Virus record (IMG/VR): IMGVR_UViG_3300017746_000002
Location: 59,270 to 123,269 of that record
Source: a virus
DNA length: 64,000 nucleotides
Reading direction: 5' to 3' (one strand)
The notes below the pieces were generated by a model that did no database searches, was not told the DNA's origin, and saw only the letters and a program-made list of their open reading frames with translations. A program made the position numbers and the translations under genes. Positions 50,808 to 59,642 of the stretch are shown here, piece after piece. Numbering within the stretch: the first letter of the stretch is position 1; each line of letters opens with the position of its first letter.

Positions 50808-53800
50808 TTAGTAGTCTAAGTAAAAAGGTTTTTTATAAGGTCCTTCTATATTAAACGGATGTTTAGGTGTATCAAAAAATCTTTTGAATATGTTTCTATC
50901 ATCCCATTTATAATCTCCTACTATTCTATCTAAATCTAATTTTTCTGCTGCCTCAAGTTCTTTATTTAACTTTTTTATAATATCATCATTACCTGATTTC
51001 AATGTTGGTCCTTCATATTTGGGTCTTGAATAATCAGGCACCATTCCAAATGGTCCATCACCTGGTTTTGTATGTGTATAAGTTGGAGGAACATTATTTA
51101 GCATGTTATCATAAGCATCTAATTGGCTGTTTATCACATTATCAACTTTTGTTAAATCCTTTGGTACTGTTTTTCCTGGATTATTAATCTTAAATTGTTT
51201 AATTTCTTCAGTAATTTTTATTTTACCTTGTTGTAGTTTAGTTATTTTATTTGTAAGATAATCTTGTTTAACTATGTATTCTATATTATTTTGTAAAATC
51301 TTTTGCTGTACTTTAGGTGCATTATTTTCTACCCAAGATTTAGTTGCTGGATTATATGTATGAGTTTTTGATTGACCTACTACTCCTTGCACACCATCAT
51401 CCCACCAATTTTTAATTGGATTAAGAATATGTTTTTTAGTTGCACTTACTAGTGGTCCAGCAGTAAAAGGTAAAATTCCGTACAGTCCGTATAAAGTTGC
51501 ATCAGTATACTCTCCTTTATTATAATGGTGTCCAGCATTAACAAAATCCGCACCAGGGTGTACTATAGCAGTTGCGTCTAATGCCATATCTGTTCCTTCA
51601 TCTTTACCATAACCAAAATGTTTACCAATAGTTCCTGCAATTCCTTGGTCCATACCAAACATTCTCTCAAAGCCTCTTGCATCTACAAACCTACCAACAT
51701 CAGATTTTTTAAAGCTATTCCACAAACCATCATTATTTTTTTCACCTTTTGATTGATACTTAGGTAACATTTTTTTATACTTAGCAGCACTTTGTGAATA
51801 TCTATCATTAGAATATATATCATCAGATTTTATTTCTTTTCCTGCTTTTGCTTTTGTAGATCTTAAATCAAGTCCCCACATATATTGACCGCCATACTTT
51901 ACCTGTGGTATAGTTGTTTCTTCACTTAAATCAGATATGGTATTACTTAATGCTAAATTATCATTTATTGTAAGATCATTATTAAGAGAAGGCATTGGAT
52001 CCATTGCAGATCTACTCATAGTTGCATTTTCAGCTGCTGAACCATCTGGTATATCTGTTGCTGATGATGAACTACTTCCTCTAGCATTTATAGGTGCACC
52101 ATCCATAAACCAAGGTAATTCTAATTCATCTGGCATCCATCCTTCTTCACCTTTCCACCAACTTGTTTTCTTTTTTTGCGGTTCAGTCATATCTACAGGA
52201 TATGTACCAATAGGTAAAGGCATATTTTTTAATGGAGGTGCTATAGTTGTTTTTTCTTCTTGAATATCCATCCATGGTTTAAGATATGTATTCATAAAAA
52301 TTTCATTTCTTTCACCTAATGCTCTTTTATATTCTTTCTTTGCTGATTTAAAATCTTTATCATGTATTGCTTTAGCAAAGTTTTTAAATGTTTTATGAAA
52401 ACCACCTCTTACATTAAATGTATAATCATTTAACATAAATTGCTCTGACTCTGTTAAATCATCCCATTTATTGTCCCCAAATCTTTGATTATAATATATT
52501 TCACTTAATCTAAGTTTTTCATCTATATCTTCACCTAATAAATCTAGTGCTTGAGTTTCATCAATACCATCTTTGTACTCATCTAGTATATCCCTATCTA
52601 CTGGAGCATGACCGTGTCCTATTGTTGCACGTTTTTCATCTCCTACATAGTGAGGATAATATTTACCGTCTTCATAGATCTTATAATATGTTTTACCATC
52701 CCATTTACCATCTGATCCTAATTTTTTTACTGCTGAGTCTTTATTTCTTATGTAATGATAACCACTTTCAGTATCTAATGCAAACTGAATGTATTTTTGT
52801 CTTTCAGTTTCAGTACCATTCTGAGCTTTTTGTAATTGACCACCATATTTTTTAAAGTTTGTCATATCAACTGACTCCTTAAACTCTTTATATGATTTAA
52901 ACCCATTCATTTCTGCCATCTCTCTACTAATTTTAAGAGCTTCAGATTTATTTTTCATAGTTCTTAATACTTTGTCCATTTCATTTACCTGTATAGTTTT
53001 TGGATAACGAATTAAATCATCTAAAGTACTTGTACCATATTTGTCCCACGTAGAAATTCCATGGTTACCTTCCCAGGGAATACCATCTAATGTTTCAATA
53101 GTCTCTAAAGAACTAACACCATGTGCTCTACTATGACCTGCTCCATGAACATCTCTTAACTTTTTCCAAGAAAAATCAAAATCTGGATGCATTGGTGTAA
53201 TTCCATCTGTTTTACCAGTTAAAGGGTTTATAAAATTGTGATCCCATCCTTGAAAAGATGGTGTATAATACGAACCATCATTAGCCTTTTGATTAATAGC
53301 AACATTTTTTCCAGCATCATAGTTCTTTATTAAATGATCTCTAAAAACTGCATCACCTTCAGAGTTATTACCAAAACTACGATACCTATCTATAGGATTT
53401 ATCATTTCTTCGGTTGGTTTACCATACATTCCTTTCCCTCCCTTTGTACTATATGAATTTATAATAGCCTCAAATGCATCATCTGTAGTATTTTCAAATA
53501 GTTTTATATTTGTAATACCTGTTTCTTTTTTTATTCTATTATATAATTTTTTATCTCTAGTTAGGATTAATGAATTACTTGGTATTTCAAAATCACCTTT
53601 TGTATAAAAGTATGTATCTGTTGGATCAAAATTTACAGCAACTCCAGATTTTTTTAAATTATCAAAATCATTAACAACAGCTGTAGATTTACCACCCCAC
53701 TTACCATGTCCAGGATTTCCTATGTGACCATAAGACCAATGTGTAGTATTTCTATTTAGAGTATAATCATTCTTATCCCCAGCCTTCTTTGATCTTGCGT

Positions 53801-56066
53801 ATGTATGAGGTTCTGTTTTACTGTATAATTTACCATCCTTTATTTTCAACCCTTTGCTAGATAATGCTCTTGTTAATGGTATTTTACTTTTAAATTTATT
53901 TGCTTGATTAACAAATGCTTCATTATCTAAAGATTCTTTAATTTGTTTGGTTGATAATTTTATATCCTTACCTTCTAAATACTTTTTACTTTCAACTGGT
54001 ATAATTTTTTTATCAACTTTACTTGTAGTATTACGTAATGTTGCAGCATCTAAAGTTTCACTAAGTTCTTTAGCAATTTTAGCATTTTTTCCTAAAGGGT
54101 TTGTATTCTTAAGATAGTTAAAAGCCTTTTTAGTTCCTTTTACTAAAGGACCTGCAGAAAATGGTAGTATACCAAACATTGCATACAAGGCTGCATCAGT
54201 GTGCTTACCTTGTTGAGCATGGTCATATGCATTAATAAAGTCTGGTAAAGGATTAACCATAGCAGAAGCATCAAGCCCCATTCTTCTAGCATCTTCTGCA
54301 GTATTTTCATAACCGAAGTAGTCACCAATAGTATTCATCATATGCTCACCATCTCTTCTTAATCCTTTTGCATCTACAAATTTTCCTATTTTAGATTCTT
54401 CAAAATCATTCCATCCAAATTGAGCTTTTGGTAATGAACCACCATCTTGTAGTTTATATTTTTCTCTTAACTGATTTTCAAAACTATCAGGTGCATTATG
54501 AGTTTTATATTCATAATGGTCTTTATCATGGTATCTAGAATGATCCATTTCTTTACCTTGTATAAAACGCATTGCGTCATTCATAAAACTTTTTGGAATA
54601 TTATAAAAACTTTCACTTCTCCAAAATTCTGGAATATGTGCAAATTCTGCAATTATATCACTAAAGTATGTTGATCTATAAACATCCTCTACTGAATCAT
54701 TTAATTCCTTAATCTTTTGTAATCTTTCTTCTTCAGTCATCTGTTTTACCCAATAGGACTCACCTAATTTAATAGTTTCTATTAAGTCATTGTGCCAATT
54801 ACGATATTCAACATCACCTGGTTCTATCATCTTAGGTACATGTATATTTTTTAATATTGGATTAGCATGTGGTCTAAAATCATTCTTGTCTCTATAAGAA
54901 AACGATTTTGGAAACATCTGCCCTAAAAGATTAGGTTCATTAGAAATATTCCTTACACCTAAATCATCTGTCATTCTTAAAGCATCTTTCCAATGCATTT
55001 GACGTTTGTCTTCATAAGAATTTCCAATATCTACGGTTTGTGCAATACCATCTGGAGTTACAAATGCATCATATAAATTTTGTTGAGGTTGACTTAATGT
55101 ATTATATGTTTGATCTGTTAAAGCTGATACTTCAACTTCAGGCAACATTCCTCCCTGAATAATTTCTTCTCCATCTTGTCTAATAGGTAATCCAAATCCT
55201 ATAGTAGCTTCTGCACCTGTATTTGGATTATACCCTACCTTACCAGACAATAATCCTACATTTCCATATAAACCAGCAGTAGTCCCAGTACCTCCAACTA
55301 AATCATGTCTTCCATAAATACCAGCACCATATTTCCACGGTTCTCTCCAATTATACGAATTACCACCAAATTCTCCTTCTATCCCAACAGATCCGGTTGC
55401 GTCAAGTATAGGATCAAACTGAGTAGTTTCATCCATCTTAAATCTAGTTCCTCCACTTAATCCTAAATGACCAGTTAGAGGTTTATAAGGAACATGTGTA
55501 CTATATCCTAAACCTGCTCTAACAGATCCAGACATTCCCTTACTACTTATATCACCTAGAGTCATAGCTCCAGATCCATATAGATTATGCGCTGAGTCTC
55601 TATACCCACACCCAGTCTTAACAGATTCTCCATTCCATTCTCCATTACTACACATAGATAATTCTGTTCCTCCTTGTGCTTTCCATGAACCTTCACCATA
55701 TTTTAAAGCATCTTCTTTATTAGGACCGAAGTGGATTAATTCACCACGTCTCTTAGCTTCTAACATTGCAGGTCTCCAATTATCTGGATCTTTTTCTAAC
55801 ATTAACTCATATGTATTATTCCAACTTCCATCTTCATTTTGAAATAACGTAGGAAAAGAAACCCAATTAATACCATCAATTGTTTCTGTCTTCATTATAT
55901 GTGTAGACACACCCCCATTAGGATTAATTCTTTCACCATCTCTTTTTGGTGCTTTAAACTCTATTCCTGTTTGTGCTATCTCTCCGTTAACAGAAGGATT
56001 TACGTCTTGATCCGGATTTTCTACCATCCCCAACCAATCCACTGATGCGTTAAAAGTTTTTCCCAT
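50808..56066 (-). CDS. Modular putative virion polyprotein (lysozyme, zincin-like, beta-barrel-like, two pre-toxin-like modules), likely 1752 aa from MGKTF
   Basis: Long ORF; late promoter motif immediately upstream of ATG 56066; ATIGHGH...YTFN lysozyme motifs; internal duplication. Confidence 0.75.
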   Translation of the reverse strand: MGKTFNASVDWLGMVENPDQDVNPSVNGEIAQTGIEFKAPKRDGERINPNGGVSTHIMKTETIDGINWVSFPTLFQNEDGSWNNTYELMLEKDPDNWRPAMLEAKRRGELIHFGPNKEDALKYGEGSWKAQGGTELSMCSNGEWNGESVKTGCGYRDSAHNLYGSGAMTLGDISSKGMSGSVRAGLGYSTHVPYKPLTGHLGLSGGTRFKMDETTQFDPILDATGSVGIEGEFGGNSYNWREPWKYGAGIYGRHDLVGGTGTTAGLYGNVGLLSGKVGYNPNTGAEATIGFGLPIRQDGEEIIQGGMLPEVEVSALTDQTYNTLSQPQQNLYDAFVTPDGIAQTVDIGNSYEDKRQMHWKDALRMTDDLGVRNISNEPNLLGQMFPKSFSYRDKNDFRPHANPILKNIHVPKMIEPGDVEYRNWHNDLIETIKLGESYWVKQMTEEERLQKIKELNDSVEDVYRSTYFSDIIAEFAHIPEFWRSESFYNIPKSFMNDAMRFIQGKEMDHSRYHDKDHYEYKTHNAPDSFENQLREKYKLQDGGSLPKAQFGWNDFEESKIGKFVDAKGLRRDGEHMMNTIGDYFGYENTAEDARRMGLDASAMVNPLPDFINAYDHAQQGKHTDAALYAMFGILPFSAGPLVKGTKKAFNYLKNTNPLGKNAKIAKELSETLDAATLRNTTSKVDKKIIPVESKKYLEGKDIKLSTKQIKESLDNEAFVNQANKFKSKIPLTRALSSKGLKIKDGKLYSKTEPHTYARSKKAGDKNDYTLNRNTTHWSYGHIGNPGHGKWGGKSTAVVNDFDNLKKSGVAVNFDPTDTYFYTKGDFEIPSNSLILTRDKKLYNRIKKETGITNIKLFENTTDDAFEAIINSYSTKGGKGMYGKPTEEMINPIDRYRSFGNNSEGDAVFRDHLIKNYDAGKNVAINQKANDGSYYTPSFQGWDHNFINPLTGKTDGITPMHPDFDFSWKKLRDVHGAGHSRAHGVSSLETIETLDGIPWEGNHGISTWDKYGTSTLDDLIRYPKTIQVNEMDKVLRTMKNKSEALKISREMAEMNGFKSYKEFKESVDMTNFKKYGGQLQKAQNGTETERQKYIQFALDTESGYHYIRNKDSAVKKLGSDGKWDGKTYYKIYEDGKYYPHYVGDEKRATIGHGHAPVDRDILDEYKDGIDETQALDLLGEDIDEKLRLSEIYYNQRFGDNKWDDLTESEQFMLNDYTFNVRGGFHKTFKNFAKAIHDKDFKSAKKEYKRALGERNEIFMNTYLKPWMDIQEEKTTIAPPLKNMPLPIGTYPVDMTEPQKKKTSWWKGEEGWMPDELELPWFMDGAPINARGSSSSSATDIPDGSAAENATMSRSAMDPMPSLNNDLTINDNLALSNTISDLSEETTIPQVKYGGQYMWGLDLRSTKAKAGKEIKSDDIYSNDRYSQSAAKYKKMLPKYQSKGEKNNDGLWNSFKKSDVGRFVDARGFERMFGMDQGIAGTIGKHFGYGKDEGTDMALDATAIVHPGADFVNAGHHYNKGEYTDATLYGLYGILPFTAGPLVSATKKHILNPIKNWWDDGVQGVVGQSKTHTYNPATKSWVENNAPKVQQKILQNNIEYIVKQDYLTNKITKLQQGKIKITEEIKQFKINNPGKTVPKDLTKVDNVINSQLDAYDNMLNNVPPTYTHTKPGDGPFGMVPDYSRPKYEGPTLKSGNDDIIKKLNKELEAAEKLDLDRIVGDYKWDDRNIFKRFFDTPKHPFNIEGPYKKPFYLDY

Positions 56067-56068
56067 AC

Positions 56069-56078
56069 TATAATATAC
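56069..56078 (-). promoter_or_regulatory. Putative late promoter (GTATATTATA)
   Basis: Exact core motif 2 nt upstream of the in-frame ATG. Confidence 0.6.
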
Positions 56079-56287
56079 TAAAATTATAAGACCTATCCAA
56101 AGTATCCCCCACCGTTTTACAAACCGGGAGACACCCCTGGGTCCATACCCCATGGCTTTTAAAAAAGTTGTGAGCATGGCATTGTAGAAGGGTCCTAGTG
56201 AAACAGCTCCCTCACTTTTTCCTGTCTTACTGTACCCCCGGGTCTTAAGTCACTTAAACTATTTTATTAATTTCAAAAACAAAAAAC

Positions 56288-56617
56288 ATGTCAAAAACAA
56301 CAGTTTATTTCAAAAAAATCACCCAATCAAAGAAGGGTGTAGTCTTCTGCGTTAACAAGCCAACTGCTTCACAAGTGAAGTCAGCAGGTCAGTCAACAAG
56401 CGTAGACTTCAAGATGGGCAATGCCACAGTAACTGGCCGTAAGGCTTTCCACAACTTTGGTCAACAGTACTTCGTACAGCTTGACTGTTCAAAGTTAACT
56501 AAAACTCAGGTACCAAAGGTCGGTACTGAGTTCCAGATTGTTACTACTGACAAGCCAGTAATCAACAATTCTACAGGTGAGGCAATGCCTAACCTGAACT
56601 GGGGCTACGCAGGGTAG
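56288..56617 (+). CDS. First early gene; small basic beta-rich protein
   Basis: A-rich leader, C-ending codons, downstream hairpin. Confidence 0.7.
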   Translation: MSKTTVYFKKITQSKKGVVFCVNKPTASQVKSAGQSTSVDFKMGNATVTGRKAFHNFGQQYFVQLDCSKLTKTQVPKVGTEFQIVTTDKPVINNSTGEAMPNLNWGYAG

Positions 56618-56622
56618 CCAAC

Positions 56623-56653
56623 AGGGAGAGAATGTTACAGTTCTCTCTCTTCT
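56623..56653 (+). terminator. Hairpin/terminator
   Basis: GGGAGAGAA...TTCTCTCTC stem. Confidence 0.5.
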
Positions 56654-57039
56654 AGTGTGGATCACTATCATATTCACACTGATATTAAACCAACTCACTC
56701 AGGATTGAAGGTCACTCAGCACATTTTTAATTAAATAGTGCTCAAACCTTCTTCTGTCTTGGTTTTTTTGTGCATTGTGGACAGCATAATCACAGTGGGT
56801 GGCACTATTACCCACTTTTCTCCACATTATACCACGTGTAGAGTTAACAACAGTATATAAAGGATATAGCTATAATAAGAGTTTAGAGTAGTGGATGGAA
56901 GGGGTGGGGCACTGATCAGCCTGTAAAGGGATCCTCATGGAATAATGGAGACAAACTACTCTCTTCTCTTATGTATAGTTCTTATACTCTCTCTATAGAG
57001 AATGAGCATATTAGTAACCCAAATCTTAAAAATAATATT

Positions 57040-57273
57040 ATGTCACATTTAGAAACTAAGGAACAAGAACTAAAAGAATTAAGAGTACAATTCCCTGATC
57101 TGGGAGAGTCTGGAATAGAGTATTTATACTTCATGCATCACAAAGAAGAGATACAGGCAGAGAATAGAAAGAAGGATAAACTTACTGGTATTGATCGTAA
57201 GTTTAAGGAGGCAGAGTTAGAGGCTGATTACAATGCTATGTCTGACTACTATGAAGCTAATCCAGAGTGGTAA
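57040..57273 (+). CDS. Hypothetical protein (likely start MSHLE)
   Basis: In-frame ATG with A-rich leader. Confidence 0.6.
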   Translation: MSHLETKEQELKELRVQFPDLGESGIEYLYFMHHKEEIQAENRKKDKLTGIDRKFKEAELEADYNAMSDYYEANPEW

Positions 57274-57291
57274 TAACTTATAATTAACTAA

Positions 57292-57432
57292 ATGAAAGAA
57301 ATAGACGAAATGCTCAACAAATGGATACATAGTAGTATCATAAGAGAGAAATTAAGAGAATTAATAGTAAAGTATGCTACAAGCGCCTTTGAAGATGGTC
57401 AAGGAGTGGATGGGTATGGTCGTTATAACTAA
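57292..57432 (+). CDS. 46-aa hypothetical protein (not in track)
   Basis: MKEIDEMLNKWIHSSIIREKLRELIVKYATSAFEDGQGVDGYGRYN. Confidence 0.55.
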   Translation: MKEIDEMLNKWIHSSIIREKLRELIVKYATSAFEDGQGVDGYGRYN

Positions 57433-57442
57433 ACATTAACTC

Positions 57443-57598
57443 ATGACTAAACTAAACAGAAAGCAAAAGAGAAGTATACGTAGACAGGTAGACATTGACC
57501 TTGGTGTTAATGCACCTTCTAGTAGTATACATAAGAATAAGACTAAGTATAACCGTAAGGTTAAACATAAAAATAAAAAAGATGAAGATATTAAATAG
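57443..57598 (+). CDS. 51-aa basic ArfA-like micro-protein (not in track)
   Basis: MTKLNRKQKRSIRRQVDIDLGVNAPSSSIHKNKTKYNRKVKHKNKKDEDIK. Confidence 0.6.
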   Translation: MTKLNRKQKRSIRRQVDIDLGVNAPSSSIHKNKTKYNRKVKHKNKKDEDIK

Positions 57599-57794
57599 TA
57601 GTATGAATATAATAACAATAGTAGCATTAGTATTATTTAGTATAATGCTTATAACTACGTGTTATCGTTCAGTTCCATGTTCAACTACTGAATGTTGTAT
57701 ACCAACAAACGGATGGCACATGGATACTATAACTATGGGTGACACAACAAAAGTTACATTACATTACTATGATGAAATAACTATTAGGCCATGA
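57582..57794 (+). CDS. Small membrane-anchored protein (start MKILNS)
   Basis: Hydrophobic IITIVALVLFSIMLI followed by a Cys-containing tail. Confidence 0.5.
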   Translation: MKILNSSMNIITIVALVLFSIMLITTCYRSVPCSTTECCIPTNGWHMDTITMGDTTKVTLHYYDEITIRP

Positions 57795-58027
57795 ATAAAT
57801 ATCAACATGTTATAGACACTCTATTAGATAAAGATAAAATACATACAGTTGGTAGGCCAAAGTCTACATGGTATAATAAGATATACCCAAAACCATGCAT
57901 ATGGGTAGACATGAGTACAATTAAGCAAGCAAAGAAATATAATAAATTAAAGAAAAAAGAAAATGAGAATAGTAATAGAAAGAGTACCAATGTTTGGATT
58001 AACAATCATATGGGACAAAGATCATGA
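57791..58027 (+). CDS. Hypothetical protein
   Basis: ATGA overlap with upstream ORF. Confidence 0.5.
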   Translation: MNKYQHVIDTLLDKDKIHTVGRPKSTWYNKIYPKPCIWVDMSTIKQAKKYNKLKKKENENSNRKSTNVWINNHMGQRS

Positions 58028-58094
58028 AGGTCTCTTAATAGGAATAGCACTACCATTCTACCTAGTTGGTATTATATTTAAGAGTAAAAGATGA
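57963..58094 (+). CDS. 43-aa hydrophobic micro-protein (not in track)
   Basis: MRIVIERVPMFGLTIIWDKDHEGLLIGIALPFYLVGIIFKSKR; ATGA overlap with 58091. Confidence 0.5.
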   Translation: MRIVIERVPMFGLTIIWDKDHEGLLIGIALPFYLVGIIFKSKR

Positions 58095-58669
58095 AAAGGA
58101 ATGAACATTATTGGAAAGAAGTAAAGAGTAGAGCTGATAATCTATCACAAACTACTACTATTATTACAGGTAAGTCACAGTTTAGAGGTAACACTGTAAA
58201 CATGTGGACATGTAATAAAAACAATGAGATAGTTGTATCTAATAGTTATTATACAGGACATGTAATGCAAACCTATTTAATAAATGATGATATAACTAGA
58301 ATTGAATACTCAAACAATACACCTGCACCTAAGTGGATGAATAAGATGTTCACTAATAATAAAGCAATTCGTATTCAAATGAAAGATATGCATTTACTTT
58401 TTTCAGAATGGCATTATTTATTAGGTTGTACAACTGAAAAGAAAGGGCTTATGTTTATGGGTAACATTGATAGCATAAGTACTATGAAAGAATTAAAGCG
58501 TATACTTAGTAGTGTTAGAAACATTATTAAAAGATATGCTTATGAAGATGTAGCTGAGTTAGCTGCACCTGAAATAGTAGAAGGTGAGTTACATTATGGT
58601 GACACACTTATAATTAACTATGATAAGTTATTACAGTTTGACAGAAGAATGAGTGATCGTTCTGAGTGA
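58091..58669 (+). CDS. Hypothetical protein
   Basis: 192-aa ORF followed by terminator. Confidence 0.7.
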   Translation: MKRNEHYWKEVKSRADNLSQTTTIITGKSQFRGNTVNMWTCNKNNEIVVSNSYYTGHVMQTYLINDDITRIEYSNNTPAPKWMNKMFTNNKAIRIQMKDMHLLFSEWHYLLGCTTEKKGLMFMGNIDSISTMKELKRILSSVRNIIKRYAYEDVAELAAPEIVEGELHYGDTLIINYDKLLQFDRRMSDRSE

Positions 58670-58677
58670 GTGGATGA

Positions 58678-58712
58678 GGGAGAGGACTACGGTTCTCTCC
58701 TTTATTCTTTTT
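58678..58712 (+). terminator. Intrinsic terminator with cUACGg tetraloop
   Basis: GGAGAGGAC-TACG-GTTCTCTCC then T-rich tail. Confidence 0.75.
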
Positions 58713-58731
58713 ATAAATTAAAACAAGTATT

Positions 58732-59061
58732 ATGACAAAAGATTTTGAACTGTTGGATGACCATAAGGTACCTCCAACCATTAAACCTATGATTAAACTA
58801 CATGATATGTTAGTCAGAGGATGGAGACAAAGTAAAGAAGTAAGACTACCTAAACTTATATCTAAGATGGAGAAAGGTATAAGTGAACAAGTTGAAGAGA
58901 TGGTTAAGTTAGAAGATCAAACACAATTTGTTAGTATAAGGTTAGTAGAAACACTGAATGGTATTAGAAAGATAATAGATGAACCATGTGATGATTTAAG
59001 AGAGTCATTAATTCACCTATTAGATAAGAGTTGTAATAAAATAGAAAAAAGATATAAGTAA
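58732..59061 (+). CDS. Hypothetical protein
   Basis: ORF; TAATG coupling to next gene. Confidence 0.65.
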   Translation: MTKDFELLDDHKVPPTIKPMIKLHDMLVRGWRQSKEVRLPKLISKMEKGISEQVEEMVKLEDQTQFVSIRLVETLNGIRKIIDEPCDDLRESLIHLLDKSCNKIEKRYK

Positions 59062-59543
59062 TGGCAATAGAACTATCAGATAATATATTATTAAATATAA
59101 TGCGTAACTATATCAAGGAGAATATAAACAAAGAGTATGTAATTGATTTAATCACTAGTAAATTAAGTGATGCAGACAAAGGTATACTGTTAGAGTTATT
59201 ATTAACTGAAGAAGAGCATGAACCTTTTGATATTAATGATATAGTATGGATTAAGATGGATAAGTATGGTGACTATGGTGAGATACAATCATTGAGAGAC
59301 ATTAATTTAATCCAAGATAACTATATGTTAGCTAAGGTAACAGGATCTGATAACTATGGTACTGATTTTGATAAATGGCATTACAAGTTTAAGGTTGAAT
59401 GTATTATACTTAAGGATAAAGATAATTGGGAAATATCTGAACAAACAGTTGATAGAAAAGATGTTAAACATATCGTTGGATCTAATATGAACCAGCAAAT
59501 AGTACAAGCATACAAGGATAAATATGCAGAGATAGCTATATAA
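59061..59543 (+). CDS. Hypothetical protein (possible SH3-like C-terminus)
   Basis: FDINDIVWI...AKVTG pattern. Confidence 0.65.
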   Translation: MAIELSDNILLNIMRNYIKENINKEYVIDLITSKLSDADKGILLELLLTEEEHEPFDINDIVWIKMDKYGDYGEIQSLRDINLIQDNYMLAKVTGSDNYGTDFDKWHYKFKVECIILKDKDNWEISEQTVDRKDVKHIVGSNMNQQIVQAYKDKYAEIAI

Positions 59544-59611
59544 CTCCTATTTATCTTGACTCAGTACTAATATAATTCTATAATTACTACTGCTGTAATA
59601 GTTGAAACATA

Positions 59612-59619
59612 TATATTTG
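59612..59619 (+). promoter_or_regulatory. Bacteroidota-type -7 box (TATATTTG)
   Basis: TAnnTTTG in the intergenic gap before ATG 59643. Confidence 0.45.
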
Positions 59620-59642
59620 TACCTTTAATAAGGAACAAGACT

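Noticed and set aside
636-54328. Short track ORFs antisense or out-of-frame within long late genes (e.g. 636-833, 7518-7733, 40398-40901, 51937-52263)
   Set aside because: Shadow ORFs fully overlapping well-supported genes, with no motifs
56620-57035. tRNA genes in intergenic gaps
   Set aside because: No cloverleaf with a T-loop GTTC motif recognisable by eye
59556-59584. E. coli-style TTGACT-N17-TATAAT promoter
   Set aside because: Single instance in AT-rich DNA; host signals point to Bacteroidota and a TAnnTTTG box lies at 59612
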